Virus record (IMG/VR): IMGVR_UViG_3300042302_000394 | Coordinates: 62,001-126,000 of that record | Reading direction: 5' to 3' (one strand) | DNA length: 64,000 nucleotides | Shown: positions 45,845-55,346 of the stretch, piece by piece | How positions within the stretch are numbered: position 1 is the first letter of the stretch | How the letters are laid out: every line of letters starts with the position of its first letter | Position numbers and translations under genes: made by a program | Notes under the pieces: model-generated | The model's database searches: none | What the model was told of the DNA's origin: nothing | Seen by the model: the letters and a program-made list of their open reading frames with translations, nothing else

Positions 45845-47227
45845 TTAATTAAGTTTCCAGGTCATTGCACTATCCCATTTTGGAGCAGGATCTTTGTGCT
45901 CAAATGTAATAGTACCACCTACTTTTGAAGGCCATTTTACATCTGTTATAAATTGCTTGCCTTTAATAGTGGTTTTTAATAGAACAAAATTCTGTCCTAA
46001 CAATTCAATCATACGTTTAGAAAAATTAGGAATGACGCCTTTCTTAACAGCACTATGAATTACATCCTTGACATAGTATCTCAAGTAGTACCATAAAGGG
46101 TGTTTAGCAGTTATAGAAGTTTCCACTAACTTATATAGTTCTTGAAATTCTGCTGGAATTTGATCTAGTGTTTCTGGCACACCTTCGTTACGAGATTTTA
46201 GAATAGTGGACAAATATATAAACAATTCGTCAGTAAAGGGTAAAAATTTACTTAATTCTCCCATTGAACCTGGATAGTTTTCTTCTAACCAATTTGCGGC
46301 ATAGAACGGTTGTATCCATGCAGGTTTGGCATTTTGTTGCAACATGTCAATAAATGTAATTGCAGGATCTTTGCCAATCATTTTTCTCATGTTATTGGGA
46401 ATCTTTAATGCGGTTACACTGCTTGGCATGCCACCTCCAGCGCCCTTACTGCTGATAAAAATAGTATTTTCAGTTTTTCTGTTAACAAGAGCGTAACTAT
46501 CTGCTACAGGATTACTAGAACTAGCCGGAAAATATAATACTAATTCCTCTAGATTGCCGCCCACGTGTTCGTAAAATGCTTCAGAATTTGGAAAATTTGC
46601 AACACCTTTGATTAGGGCTTGTACTCCTAGATATTCAAATCCATAGTTTTGTATGTTGCCAATTTCTGATTTGCTGAGATCTGGAACCGTCGGAATTTGT
46701 TCTGCATCAATTGCACGGGAAATTTCTTTAACAGCCGCACCAGCTGCACCCTGACTATCAAGATGTTTATTTGATTGTATCTTTTGCCCCAATTGTCCCG
46801 CAAGAAATGCCCCCAACTCCAAGGCAAGTTCGGGTGTTAGATTTTGATCTTTATTTGGGTCACCGTGTTGGAAGACCTGTCCTGGTCTAAGGCCAGCAAC
46901 AGGAACTGCATCTGTGTCTTGTTGATTAGGAGGAACACTTTGACCACCGTATTCTTTTGTTTTTAAGAATGATCCCAGTGGATAGGGTTTTTGATCTGCA
47001 CCTAGTAGAGTTATAGTACCAGCAAATTTTCCTTGATCAAAAAGATCTTGTAATCGCTTTGCTTCTGTGTTTTTAATAACAACAGGAGTACCGTCTTTTA
47101 AGTATAAAGGGTTGCCGGCAGTAATATTAGCAATGAGCCTATCAAACCGTACCATATCTTTTGTCAGTTTGTTAGGATTAAGAGTTTGCTCGGATTCTAA
47201 TAGGGTTAAAAATTCACGTGATCGCAT
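45845..47227 (-). CDS. Hypothetical protein (possibly virion-packaged or nuclease-fold)
   Basis: 460 aa ORF after TAAATA; ADSY...ISSKG. Confidence 0.55.
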   Translation of the reverse strand: MRSREFLTLLESEQTLNPNKLTKDMVRFDRLIANITAGNPLYLKDGTPVVIKNTEAKRLQDLFDQGKFAGTITLLGADQKPYPLGSFLKTKEYGGQSVPPNQQDTDAVPVAGLRPGQVFQHGDPNKDQNLTPELALELGAFLAGQLGQKIQSNKHLDSQGAAGAAVKEISRAIDAEQIPTVPDLSKSEIGNIQNYGFEYLGVQALIKGVANFPNSEAFYEHVGGNLEELVLYFPASSSNPVADSYALVNRKTENTIFISSKGAGGGMPSSVTALKIPNNMRKMIGKDPAITFIDMLQQNAKPAWIQPFYAANWLEENYPGSMGELSKFLPFTDELFIYLSTILKSRNEGVPETLDQIPAEFQELYKLVETSITAKHPLWYYLRYYVKDVIHSAVKKGVIPNFSKRMIELLGQNFVLLKTTIKGKQFITDVKWPSKVGGTITFEHKDPAPKWDSAMTWKLN

Positions 47228-47237
47228 AATAGAGTAT

Positions 47238-47909
47238 TTAGTGAAATTCCGGGAATAAGATTTCCTGTACGAATTTCTTCATAGTAGGTTCAGATATGCC
47301 CATACTAATCATACTTTTGATCACATGGGGATTCTGTTTCTGATAATGGCAATAACGATTTTGTGCCATGTGATAATCAGCACCACTTTGTTGTTCTATT
47401 CCTACATTCTTTAGATAGAAATCTAATGTGGTTAATGCTGTATTGCATAGTTGGTCTATTTCAGCTTCGTCTTGTAGATTACCAGCAGCTACCATAGCAG
47501 GACTGAAGATCTGTTGTGCCCACTCGGGTAATTGTCTAGGCTTGTTCCATTCTAGTCCATGCACCTGAGCTTTAAACCACAAATACATAAAACTATTAGG
47601 ATCACCAGCGTGACTGAAGTCGTGAAACGCACCTGTTATTTTGTTTGGGCCGCATACAGCATCAAACCCATAGATAGGGCTAGGATCGTTGAAGTGCGGA
47701 AATACTGTGACATGTAATATGTAGATATTGTAGGTCTCACGGAAATCTACAATTTCAACATGTGCTCTGCGGAATTGGTTACTGGACCATAGAGTATTAT
47801 GCCAACCATATTGATGTGCAGACGGGGAATTAATCTGTTCCCCGACAACATTAAATCTTTCTGTAATATCAGCGGCTAGTTTACTAACCTTATCCCAAAC
47901 TACTGTCAT
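47238..47909 (-). CDS. Ferredoxin-dependent bilin reductase (PcyA/PcyX family)
   Basis: FRRAHVE, LHVTVFP, PIYGFD, LPEWAQQIFS, QNRYCHYQKQNPH. Confidence 0.85.
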   Translation of the reverse strand: MTVVWDKVSKLAADITERFNVVGEQINSPSAHQYGWHNTLWSSNQFRRAHVEIVDFRETYNIYILHVTVFPHFNDPSPIYGFDAVCGPNKITGAFHDFSHAGDPNSFMYLWFKAQVHGLEWNKPRQLPEWAQQIFSPAMVAAGNLQDEAEIDQLCNTALTTLDFYLKNVGIEQQSGADYHMAQNRYCHYQKQNPHVIKSMISMGISEPTMKKFVQEILFPEFH

Positions 47910-48426
47910 AGTCCCTCATCATTCGTATTGCCCAATCAAAGGCCACATTGGCTTCATCGCCCATGCTGTCGTCCAGCTTGGCACGAATATTGGTCATCAG
48001 TGTTCGGGGATCTTCGAACTCTAAGTTACGATGTGCGCCCGGAACAATCTTCTTAATCATTTGGCCACCGAACATGTCACCCATGTGCCATGTATACAAG
48101 TGTGCCATAATCTTGTTAGGATCTTTACTAATGCTTAGAATGTAATTGTAATAGTCAACAACGATATGACGGAACTCATGGCGGGGATTGTCCCCGTTCA
48201 TTTCTTGATAATCCATTGCTAGATAAAATGCACGGCGTAAGTCTGGCAAGTCTCCTAACAATCGATTGGCCCCTGCGGCACCTTCAATGGCTCCATAGAA
48301 TAGCCACTTTTGATATGTCCAATCTACCCACAAATCAAAAGGCAGGGTTTGTGCAAACACTGCCTTCATAAACGGAGTAGATTCAGCCTCTGCATGTTTA
48401 GCACTGGTTAAATCTTTTAAGCTCAT
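47890..48426 (-). CDS. Heme oxygenase
   Basis: LKDLTSAKHAEAE, AHLYTWHMGDMFGGQMIKK, EANVAF. Confidence 0.88.
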   Translation of the reverse strand: MSLKDLTSAKHAEAESTPFMKAVFAQTLPFDLWVDWTYQKWLFYGAIEGAAGANRLLGDLPDLRRAFYLAMDYQEMNGDNPRHEFRHIVVDYYNYILSISKDPNKIMAHLYTWHMGDMFGGQMIKKIVPGAHRNLEFEDPRTLMTNIRAKLDDSMGDEANVAFDWAIRMMRDYDSSLG

Positions 48427-48434
48427 TTAAATCC

Positions 48435-48752
48435 TCATTCTGGTTCTACTTTAATTATCAAAGGGAATCCATTAGTACGAGCAAGATTGGTAGCATCGAT
48501 TCCTTTTTGGTCTGCAACTTCATAACTATAGATTCCTACAACAGCGTGTCCGTTGTTATGTATCTTTAAAGTCAATTCAAGAGAACTTTTTTCACTATGT
48601 CTAAACACAGCAACTAGCATGGATATTACAAATTCAACAGGAGTAACATCGTCGTTGCAAACAATGACTTTGTACCTAGTAGGTTCTTGACTTTTTTCCT
48701 TATTTTTAGAAATAGTTTTTGTGTCTTTTTCGATAATTGTATCAGATGCCAT
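48435..48752 (-). CDS. clpS: Clp protease adaptor ClpS
   Basis: YKVIVCNDDVTPVEFV...IHNNG. Confidence 0.9.
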   Translation of the reverse strand: MASDTIIEKDTKTISKNKEKSQEPTRYKVIVCNDDVTPVEFVISMLVAVFRHSEKSSLELTLKIHNNGHAVVGIYSYEVADQKGIDATNLARTNGFPLIIKVEPE

Positions 48753-48794
48753 ATTATTCCTATTGGACGGGGAGTTGCCTCCCCCTGGGTTATA

Positions 48795-49226
48795 TTACTT
48801 GATTGCAATCACGCGAGGCTTGAGTGCTTCAGGTACTTCTCGTGTTAGTTTAACACTTAAAATACCGTTTGTCAATTCTGCATTGCCCACAATAATGTGC
48901 TCTGCAAGAGTAAACGTGCGTTCGAAGTCTCGAGCTGCTAGTCCACGATATACATACTTAGATGTGTCGTCTTCTTTCTGGCGTTGGCCTTTAATAATAA
49001 GTAGACTTTGATCTACCTCAATGCTGATATCCTCTCGATCAAATCCTGCAACAGCAACTTCAATTTCAAAAGAATTGTCGTCGTGCTTTAGAACGTTGTA
49101 TGGAGGATAGTTAGGAACGGAGTTTGAAAATCGTCTTTCAACATCGTTGAAAAGGCTATCAAATCCAATAAGTGCTCTGTTTAGTTGATTTAGAGCGGTG
49201 GTGTCGAAACGTGCGAGTTGATTCAT
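48795..49226 (-). CDS. Small heat shock protein (Hsp20)
   Basis: NYPPYN, AVAGF, RGLAARDFERTF, NGIL. Confidence 0.92.
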   Translation of the reverse strand: MNQLARFDTTALNQLNRALIGFDSLFNDVERRFSNSVPNYPPYNVLKHDDNSFEIEVAVAGFDREDISIEVDQSLLIIKGQRQKEDDTSKYVYRGLAARDFERTFTLAEHIIVGNAELTNGILSVKLTREVPEALKPRVIAIK

Positions 49227-49326
49227 AGTTTTTCTCCTTAATAAGCAAGAATCATTTTGAGGTACCATACCTCAATGTAAAACCCTTACGGCGTCTTACA
49301 ATATTATTTATACACGAAATATCAAA

Positions 49327-49578
49327 TTACTGCGAGAAATTTGAAAAAGTTTCCACAGTTTTTTGTTCATTTGGCACTATCTCGGCATTCCAGTGTAACG
49401 CCATCAATAATGCATCCTTATTACTTTTAAAAATAAAGTCCATGTAGTTTACATTGGCATGGGTTTCGAATCTGCCCCCAGGCAGGCCAAAATATTCAAT
49501 TGCCCATGTACATACTTCATTCCAATAGAATGAGTTATCATATTTACGAACCCACGATATACGTACAGTACTACTCAT
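49327..49578 (-). CDS. Hypothetical protein
   Basis: WNEVCTWAIEYFGLPG ORF. Confidence 0.55.
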   Translation of the reverse strand: MSSTVRISWVRKYDNSFYWNEVCTWAIEYFGLPGGRFETHANVNYMDFIFKSNKDALLMALHWNAEIVPNEQKTVETFSNFSQ

Positions 49579-50429
49579 ACTTCCACTATTTTTGTAATGT
49601 CCCAACCGCTGTCTTCACAGTATCCGTCGCTTTCATATCCGCGAGGGTTACAAACAATACGAGTCTCTCCAATGACATAGTCAAATGGGTGATGCGTATG
49701 TCCGTGTGTCCACAATTTGATCTGCGGATGGTCCATAATGAATTCACTTAGATCACTACTATAAGCACCGTTCATGAGATATTGAGATTTGTACTGCTCA
49801 TGTGTGCTCATCTTGCTAGGTGCATGATGTCCAATAACGACACACTTTTTGTCCTTGTGCTCACTGACAATGTGTTTGATGTATTGCAGTGTCTCACGAT
49901 GACGAATAGCAGTATCAGCAGGCTTCAAAGGTGTGTAACCTTTTTCATCGTTTTTAATAATACGGAAGTCGTTCATCATATCACGAACAGCGTGAAGAGT
50001 TATAGGGTCACCCTTGTTCATATCAGTCCACAAAGTACCTCCTACAAACACAACATCATCGATGATCTTCGTGTCCTTTTCCAAGAAATAGACGTTAGAG
50101 TGTTTGGCGCATTCGTCACGCAGGTACTGAATACCTTTGTAGAACCCACCGTTGTAGAACTCATGGTTGCCAGCTACGTAGAAGACATGCGGAAACTGGA
50201 AGGCACACCGCTTCAGGAAATCACGAAATCGAGCAACTCGTTGCAACTTGCGACCGAGATCAGCTAATGCTCCATTACTGTAGGGGCTAAAATCTGCGGC
50301 GTGATGGTCGTGCAAATCCTGAGAGATCATAATATCACCCGAAAGAATTAGCACATCTGCGCCTTCATCATTTGGAATTGTGATATCACTAAATTCCAAA
50401 TGTAGATCTGATACAATTTTGATTTTCAT
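49575..50429 (-). CDS. Calcineurin-like metallophosphoesterase
   Basis: SDLH, GDI, GNHE, HHAP, HGHTH. Confidence 0.88.
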   Translation of the reverse strand: MKIKIVSDLHLEFSDITIPNDEGADVLILSGDIMISQDLHDHHAADFSPYSNGALADLGRKLQRVARFRDFLKRCAFQFPHVFYVAGNHEFYNGGFYKGIQYLRDECAKHSNVYFLEKDTKIIDDVVFVGGTLWTDMNKGDPITLHAVRDMMNDFRIIKNDEKGYTPLKPADTAIRHRETLQYIKHIVSEHKDKKCVVIGHHAPSKMSTHEQYKSQYLMNGAYSSDLSEFIMDHPQIKLWTHGHTHHPFDYVIGETRIVCNPRGYESDGYCEDSGWDITKIVEV

Positions 50430-50479
50430 AATAGTAATTATACACTCAATTAAATTTTTTGTCAATAAATACATACATT

Positions 50480-51694
50480 ATGATTAAGCCAAAAACTCAA
50501 GATGTTATTGCCCAAAGTTTAGAAAAACTTAAAACAGAGGGTAATTATCGTACATTTACTGATATTCTACGTGAACGTGGAAGTTTTCCTAAAGCCATGT
50601 ATTACGGACGTTATAACATCAAACATATAACCAACTGGTGCAGTAACGATTATCTAGGAATGGGTCAGCATAAAGTGGTAATCGATGCCATGCATACAGC
50701 ATTAGACACTACCGGAGCAGGGTCCGGTGGAACAAGAAATATCAGCGGAACTAGTCACTATCATGTTGCACTAGAACACGAACTAGCCAAGTTGCATGAC
50801 AAGACTACAGCATTGACATTTACCAGTGGCTATGTTGCCAATCAAAGTACCCTAGGAGTACTAGGTAAGATGCTGCCAAACGTTCATTATATCAGCGACA
50901 GTGAAAATCACAACAGCATGATTGTAGGAATGAAATCTAGTCAAGCACCTATTACTGTTTGGCGTCATAATGATCTTACACATCTAAAAGAAATTTTATC
51001 CACATTGTCCGATGATATTCAACCTATCATTGCCATGGAAGGTGTGTATAGTATGGACGGAGATCGAGGACTTGTTAGCGATGTATGCGATATTGCTCGA
51101 CTATATGGAGCAATGGTATATGTTGACGAAGTACATGCTGTGGGACTCTATGGTCACAGAGGTGCTGGCATCGCTGAAGAACAGCGGTGCGTCGATGGAG
51201 TAGACGTTATTCAAGGCACTTTAGCCAAGGCATTTGGTGTACAAGGAGGATACGTTGCAGGTAGCAGAGATCTTATAGATATGGTTCGTAGCTATGCTAA
51301 CGGATTTATTTTTTCAACGTCTATGAGTCCTGTATTATGTGCAGGAGCACTCGCTTCAGTTAAATGGGTTCAGGACCATCCTGATTTGCGTTCTAAAATT
51401 TTTGAAGTTGCAGGGGCAACAAGAGAACATCTTAAAAATGCAGGACTAGAAGTACATCTCAGCTCAGAAGGTGGACATATAGTCCCTGTTATGATACGTG
51501 ATGTTAAGAAATGTAAGGCAATCAGTGACTGGTTGTTGAACGAAAAGGCCATTTATGTGCAGCCTATAAATTATCCCACAGTTCCGTGGAGCACAGAGCG
51601 TTTACGTTTTACGCCAACGCCAAATCATACAGAATCAGATATATATTATCTGGCTAAAAGCCTAAAGGAGGCATTTGATGTTTACAAAAATTAA
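50480..51694 (+). CDS. hemA: 5-aminolevulinate synthase
   Basis: WCSNDYLGMG, GAGSGGTRNISGT, DEVHAVGLYG, GTLAKAFG, QPINYPTV. Confidence 0.92.
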   Translation: MIKPKTQDVIAQSLEKLKTEGNYRTFTDILRERGSFPKAMYYGRYNIKHITNWCSNDYLGMGQHKVVIDAMHTALDTTGAGSGGTRNISGTSHYHVALEHELAKLHDKTTALTFTSGYVANQSTLGVLGKMLPNVHYISDSENHNSMIVGMKSSQAPITVWRHNDLTHLKEILSTLSDDIQPIIAMEGVYSMDGDRGLVSDVCDIARLYGAMVYVDEVHAVGLYGHRGAGIAEEQRCVDGVDVIQGTLAKAFGVQGGYVAGSRDLIDMVRSYANGFIFSTSMSPVLCAGALASVKWVQDHPDLRSKIFEVAGATREHLKNAGLEVHLSSEGGHIVPVMIRDVKKCKAISDWLLNEKAIYVQPINYPTVPWSTERLRFTPTPNHTESDIYYLAKSLKEAFDVYKN

Positions 51695-52100
51695 AAAGTA
51701 TTTATGGTTTACAGCCGGTATCCTATTTCTAGGAATCGCATACATTGGAGTCATAGTGCCGGGAATCCCGTGGAGCACACCTAGTTTAATTGCTGCCTAT
51801 TGTTTTGCTCGAAGTAGCGAAAGATTTCATAACTATATGCTCAATCACAAATTGTTTGGTCCGTTCATTACTAACTGGCGTGACGGGAAAGTTTACCCAA
51901 CTAAGGTAAAATGGATCATGTTTATCTGCATGGATGCTAGTTTAGTTATTATGTGGTTTGCTACACAGAACTGGAAAGCTGTAGCAGGTATGGGCGTATT
52001 CTTTGCATTGGTACTATTGTGGGCCAGTCGTTATCCAGGTAGCAAAGAAGAAAGCGACCGTAGAAAGGCTGCTGGCGAAAAGATCGGTTGGTTTAAGTAA
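51678..52100 (+). CDS. YbaN/DUF454 membrane protein
   Basis: GVIVPGIP.STP...AYCFARSSERFH...FGPFI. Confidence 0.8.
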   Translation: MFTKIKKYLWFTAGILFLGIAYIGVIVPGIPWSTPSLIAAYCFARSSERFHNYMLNHKLFGPFITNWRDGKVYPTKVKWIMFICMDASLVIMWFATQNWKAVAGMGVFFALVLLWASRYPGSKEESDRRKAAGEKIGWFK

Positions 52101-52102
52101 CC

Positions 52103-52131
52103 AAAAAAAAGGACTCCTAAGAGTCCTTTTA
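52103..52131. terminator. Bidirectional intrinsic terminator
   Basis: AAAAAAAAGGACTC-CTAA-GAGTCCTTTT between convergent genes. Confidence 0.65.
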
Positions 52132-52137
52132 AAACAC

Positions 52138-53535
52138 TTACGCTATTACAGCGTAACGTGGAGCGTTGATTGTAGCCAACATTACATTGACTGGATCCAA
52201 CGATTCGGCGCTTAGGATGCTCTTCATGATAGCAGGGCTGAATCCGCTAACAAGGGCAACACCCTTCTTGTCATGCTTAACTGGAACGTTGCCAGCACGA
52301 GCATTCAAGTTCCAGAATACAATGTTGGGAACAGTGTATCCTGCCGCTTCATACTTACGAGCGATCATTTCCATTGCCGAGTCGTCGTGACGAGCACAGT
52401 AATTGAATTCCATATCACTCATGATAAGGATATACTTTGGCATATCCTTTGCATCAACATTGCCCTTGACTGCGAAGTCAAGCACAGTGTTAAATGCGGC
52501 GTGTAGATTAGTACTCATGTCCCATTCTGCACGTTGTAGTTGAGCCAACTTGCTCAACAGGTTACCCTTCAAGATTTCGATCTTGCTCTTGGTAGAGAAG
52601 GTCAAAAACATGTCCTTGAATGGACCAGTGTTCTTGTCAGCAAGGTACAAGCCCAAACTAACGCAAACATCCATACAGGTCAAGTTAGCGTTTCCGCCAA
52701 CTGGAGAGCTCATAGAGCCAGACACGTCACACATTGGCAACACCAGTTCATCACCGATGTAGTTTGGCAATGCATCCCATTGTGCTTGCACAACAGTGGC
52801 GTCACCACCAAACTTGTGGCTCTTGATAACGTCATATGGGTAAACAGCCGAAGCGTTAACCTTTGCGTCACCAGTAACCAACTTTGCCTTGTAAGCATCA
52901 TAGCCTACAGGGTCGTGCTTCTTAAAAGCCTTTTGGTATCGAGCAGCCGCCAACGATGGTACGTGGCTATAGTTGATGTCATCCCAAGTGTTTGCACACA
53001 TGTTCTGTTCAACTGTCTTGCTCAAGTTAACCAAACTCTTACGGTAGAACTTTGGGCTCATTCCGAAGAAGGTGCGGATTTCAGCAGCCAACGCACCTTG
53101 ACGTGGCATCCACTTTGCGGCCAGCCCGTTGCTTGCACGTAGCGCATCACCGATTAGGGTAAATGCTTGTGCCTTCACTTCCTTAGAAGTAAAGATCAAC
53201 AGGTCGTCCCAACGACCGAATTCAGCCAGGTGTGGCAAAATACGGGCAAGCGCCTTAGGGTTGGTCTTTTCAAGATTCAAAAGAATCTTACGAACAACTT
53301 CACGTTCGCCTGCACCACCACGGACGTCACGAGCCCACATCAAAAGACGTAGAGCAAGAGTTTCGTCTTGTGCTAGTGCGCGAGCAAACTGAGTGCTCAA
53401 ATCCTTACCACGGCTTGCACCAATGGCAAAGAACAAATCTACAAGATCACTCTTGCTAGATTCAAAAGTCTTCATACCGTTTGCGGTACGAGATTCAACT
53501 GGAACGGACTTAACCGCTTCTACAAATGCGTTCAT
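52138..53535 (-). CDS. DUF2828-type TROVE-like/vWA protein (Ro60-related)
   Basis: RDVRGGAGER, GRWDD, AKWMPR, DVSGSM MIDAS, SDMEF, FWNL, VSGFSP. Confidence 0.8.
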   Translation of the reverse strand: MNAFVEAVKSVPVESRTANGMKTFESSKSDLVDLFFAIGASRGKDLSTQFARALAQDETLALRLLMWARDVRGGAGEREVVRKILLNLEKTNPKALARILPHLAEFGRWDDLLIFTSKEVKAQAFTLIGDALRASNGLAAKWMPRQGALAAEIRTFFGMSPKFYRKSLVNLSKTVEQNMCANTWDDINYSHVPSLAAARYQKAFKKHDPVGYDAYKAKLVTGDAKVNASAVYPYDVIKSHKFGGDATVVQAQWDALPNYIGDELVLPMCDVSGSMSSPVGGNANLTCMDVCVSLGLYLADKNTGPFKDMFLTFSTKSKIEILKGNLLSKLAQLQRAEWDMSTNLHAAFNTVLDFAVKGNVDAKDMPKYILIMSDMEFNYCARHDDSAMEMIARKYEAAGYTVPNIVFWNLNARAGNVPVKHDKKGVALVSGFSPAIMKSILSAESLDPVNVMLATINAPRYAVIA

Positions 53536-53547
53536 TTTATTTTCCTT

Positions 53548-53590
53548 CAGGTTACTTTTAAATTAAAAAATTTTGCTGTATATAACCTAT
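53548..53590 (-). promoter_or_regulatory. CAGCAA-motif copy A abutting RBS of DUF2828 gene
   Basis: ATAGGTTATATACAGCAA...TAACCTG-AAGGA-AAATAAA-ATG. Confidence 0.65.
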
Positions 53591-53593
53591 ACA

Positions 53594-53835
53594 AGCAGGA
53601 TGGGTGTGCCAATTTGTTTATTTTCTGGTCTGGCCAATTATAGCACCCAGACCCTATCGACAATTCATGTTGACTATCTAAACTTGTGTCTGCGTTAGAA
53701 ACATACAAAGTCTTTCCCTTGTGTCATCCATTCCTTGAGTGTCTAGTTTCCTAGAACAGTATCTCCACTGTGTCCTACAACCACTTTCTATGGCATTTAA
53801 CTTTAGTATTGTTTTAATTGCTGAATCCATCCTAG
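53594..53835 (-). ncRNA. CAGCAA-motif RNA B (long form)
   Basis: CTAGGATGGATTCAGCAA...CCATCCTGCT; TTGAAC-N17-TATAAT immediately upstream. Confidence 0.65.
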
Positions 53836-53893
53836 GATCAATTATAGCACACGTTCGTCTGAGGTTCAATTCAGTTGTAGTGCTATAAAATAA

Positions 53894-54061
53894 AACAGGT
53901 TAGTTGTCGGCTGCTTTTATTCAACTCAGGCCACCACTCTGAGCTCGCTAGTCTATTTCAATGTTGACTCTTCAACGCACTCGGTCAAGACTCTGTGCTC
54001 CAATTCAACACCATAGGGTCTAGCAGTCCATATTAAATGAAAATTGCTGCACCTAACCTAA
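53894..54061 (-). ncRNA. CAGCAA-motif RNA C (long form)
   Basis: TTAGGTTAGGTGCAGCAA...CTAACCTGTT; shares internal GACTGCTAG with E3. Confidence 0.65.
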
Positions 54062-54095
54062 AACTTCTTTTAACAAGTTTCCTTGCTATATATCT

Positions 54096-54124
54096 ATTAT
54101 AGTGTCATATAATTATCTTGTCAA
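54096..54124 (-). promoter_or_regulatory. sigma70-type promoter
   Basis: TTGACA-N17-TATAAT upstream of RNA C. Confidence 0.7.
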
Positions 54125-54162
54125 CAAAAATATGCACTATAATAGCCAAAATCTAGATGATT

Positions 54163-55269
54163 TTAAAATGCATCCATGTAGTTGTAGTACTTTTCTTTAA
54201 TGCGGTTCAGTGTCACACGGTCACCGTCCTCGTTAATGAAAACAAACTTACCAGCAGTTGCATCAATCTGCTTGAGATCTTCTTGACCAAATCGAGCATC
54301 TTCCCAATTCCAGTCTGTTTCAATAGAAGCCAGACCGTCGAGTGCTGGCTCAGCACTCTTTGCATCTTCAAAGACCTTGTAGTCAATGCTGACACGATTG
54401 GTCAGTGGATTGCCTGTCCAGACTTCTTGCTCAATCAACTCCGGATTAATGTCTAGGCCTTTGATCTGCAGGGCAACCTTGTACTTGCTGTCACCACCGA
54501 ACTCTGGCTTGGCGTTGAGCATACGCATAGCTTCGCTGGCAGTTTCTTTGTATCGATTCATTTCTTCAACCAATGCCTTCAGCATGTCAAAGTTGAACTG
54601 ATCAAACATTGCCGCAACTCGGCATACACTGGCGATATGATCAACATTGTCCAGATTGTCTGCACAGTACTCCATAATGAAGTCTTGTTCCAGACCTTTG
54701 AAGTCCAGTGAGTAGAAGATACGACCAGGACGGTTTCGCATGTGGCTGTCAATGCGCCACTTGTCGTTACAGGTTAGAATGAACAGCTTCTTGGAGGGAT
54801 ATACACCGTCCAATAGTGTCAGCATCTTTTCCTGGTCATCCTTGTCGTAGACCTTTTCAAACTCGTCAAATAGGATCACTGTGGGTTGCTCAATCATCTG
54901 CATGAAGCTGTTAAAGCCTTCACCGCACCATGGCTCGTTGATAACAATTGTTGGCACCGCCGCTTCTGCGGCAGTGACTGCCAACAGTTTGGCTAACAGT
55001 GTCTTGCCCGAACCTTTTTCACCAGTAAGCATTACACCAGTGGATGCAGTACGGTCATTGAAAGTATTGAGAATACGTTGGCTCTGCTTGCGAGTATCTC
55101 CGTATACCTTGCCGCGGATCTCGAAGCTTTCGATCGCTTCAAGATAGAAACAGCCAGCCATCTTGTCAAATTTAACAGTGTAGTTGCCAACAGGCAGTTG
55201 CTCATGTAGATCCATTGCTTCCTTAGTGGAAACATTAAATCGTGTACCAGATTTCAAAAAATATGTCAT
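54163..55269 (-). CDS. AAA+ ATPase
   Basis: GEKGSGKT, ILFDEFEK, NRPGR. Confidence 0.85.
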   Translation of the reverse strand: MTYFLKSGTRFNVSTKEAMDLHEQLPVGNYTVKFDKMAGCFYLEAIESFEIRGKVYGDTRKQSQRILNTFNDRTASTGVMLTGEKGSGKTLLAKLLAVTAAEAAVPTIVINEPWCGEGFNSFMQMIEQPTVILFDEFEKVYDKDDQEKMLTLLDGVYPSKKLFILTCNDKWRIDSHMRNRPGRIFYSLDFKGLEQDFIMEYCADNLDNVDHIASVCRVAAMFDQFNFDMLKALVEEMNRYKETASEAMRMLNAKPEFGGDSKYKVALQIKGLDINPELIEQEVWTGNPLTNRVSIDYKVFEDAKSAEPALDGLASIETDWNWEDARFGQEDLKQIDATAGKFVFINEDGDRVTLNRIKEKYYNYMDAF

Positions 55270-55346
55270 ACTGTCTTTCAGTGTGTTTTGTTGCTATGTG
55301 TAAATTATACAATAAAAACAAGGGGTTGTATAGCCCCTTGTTAGTT

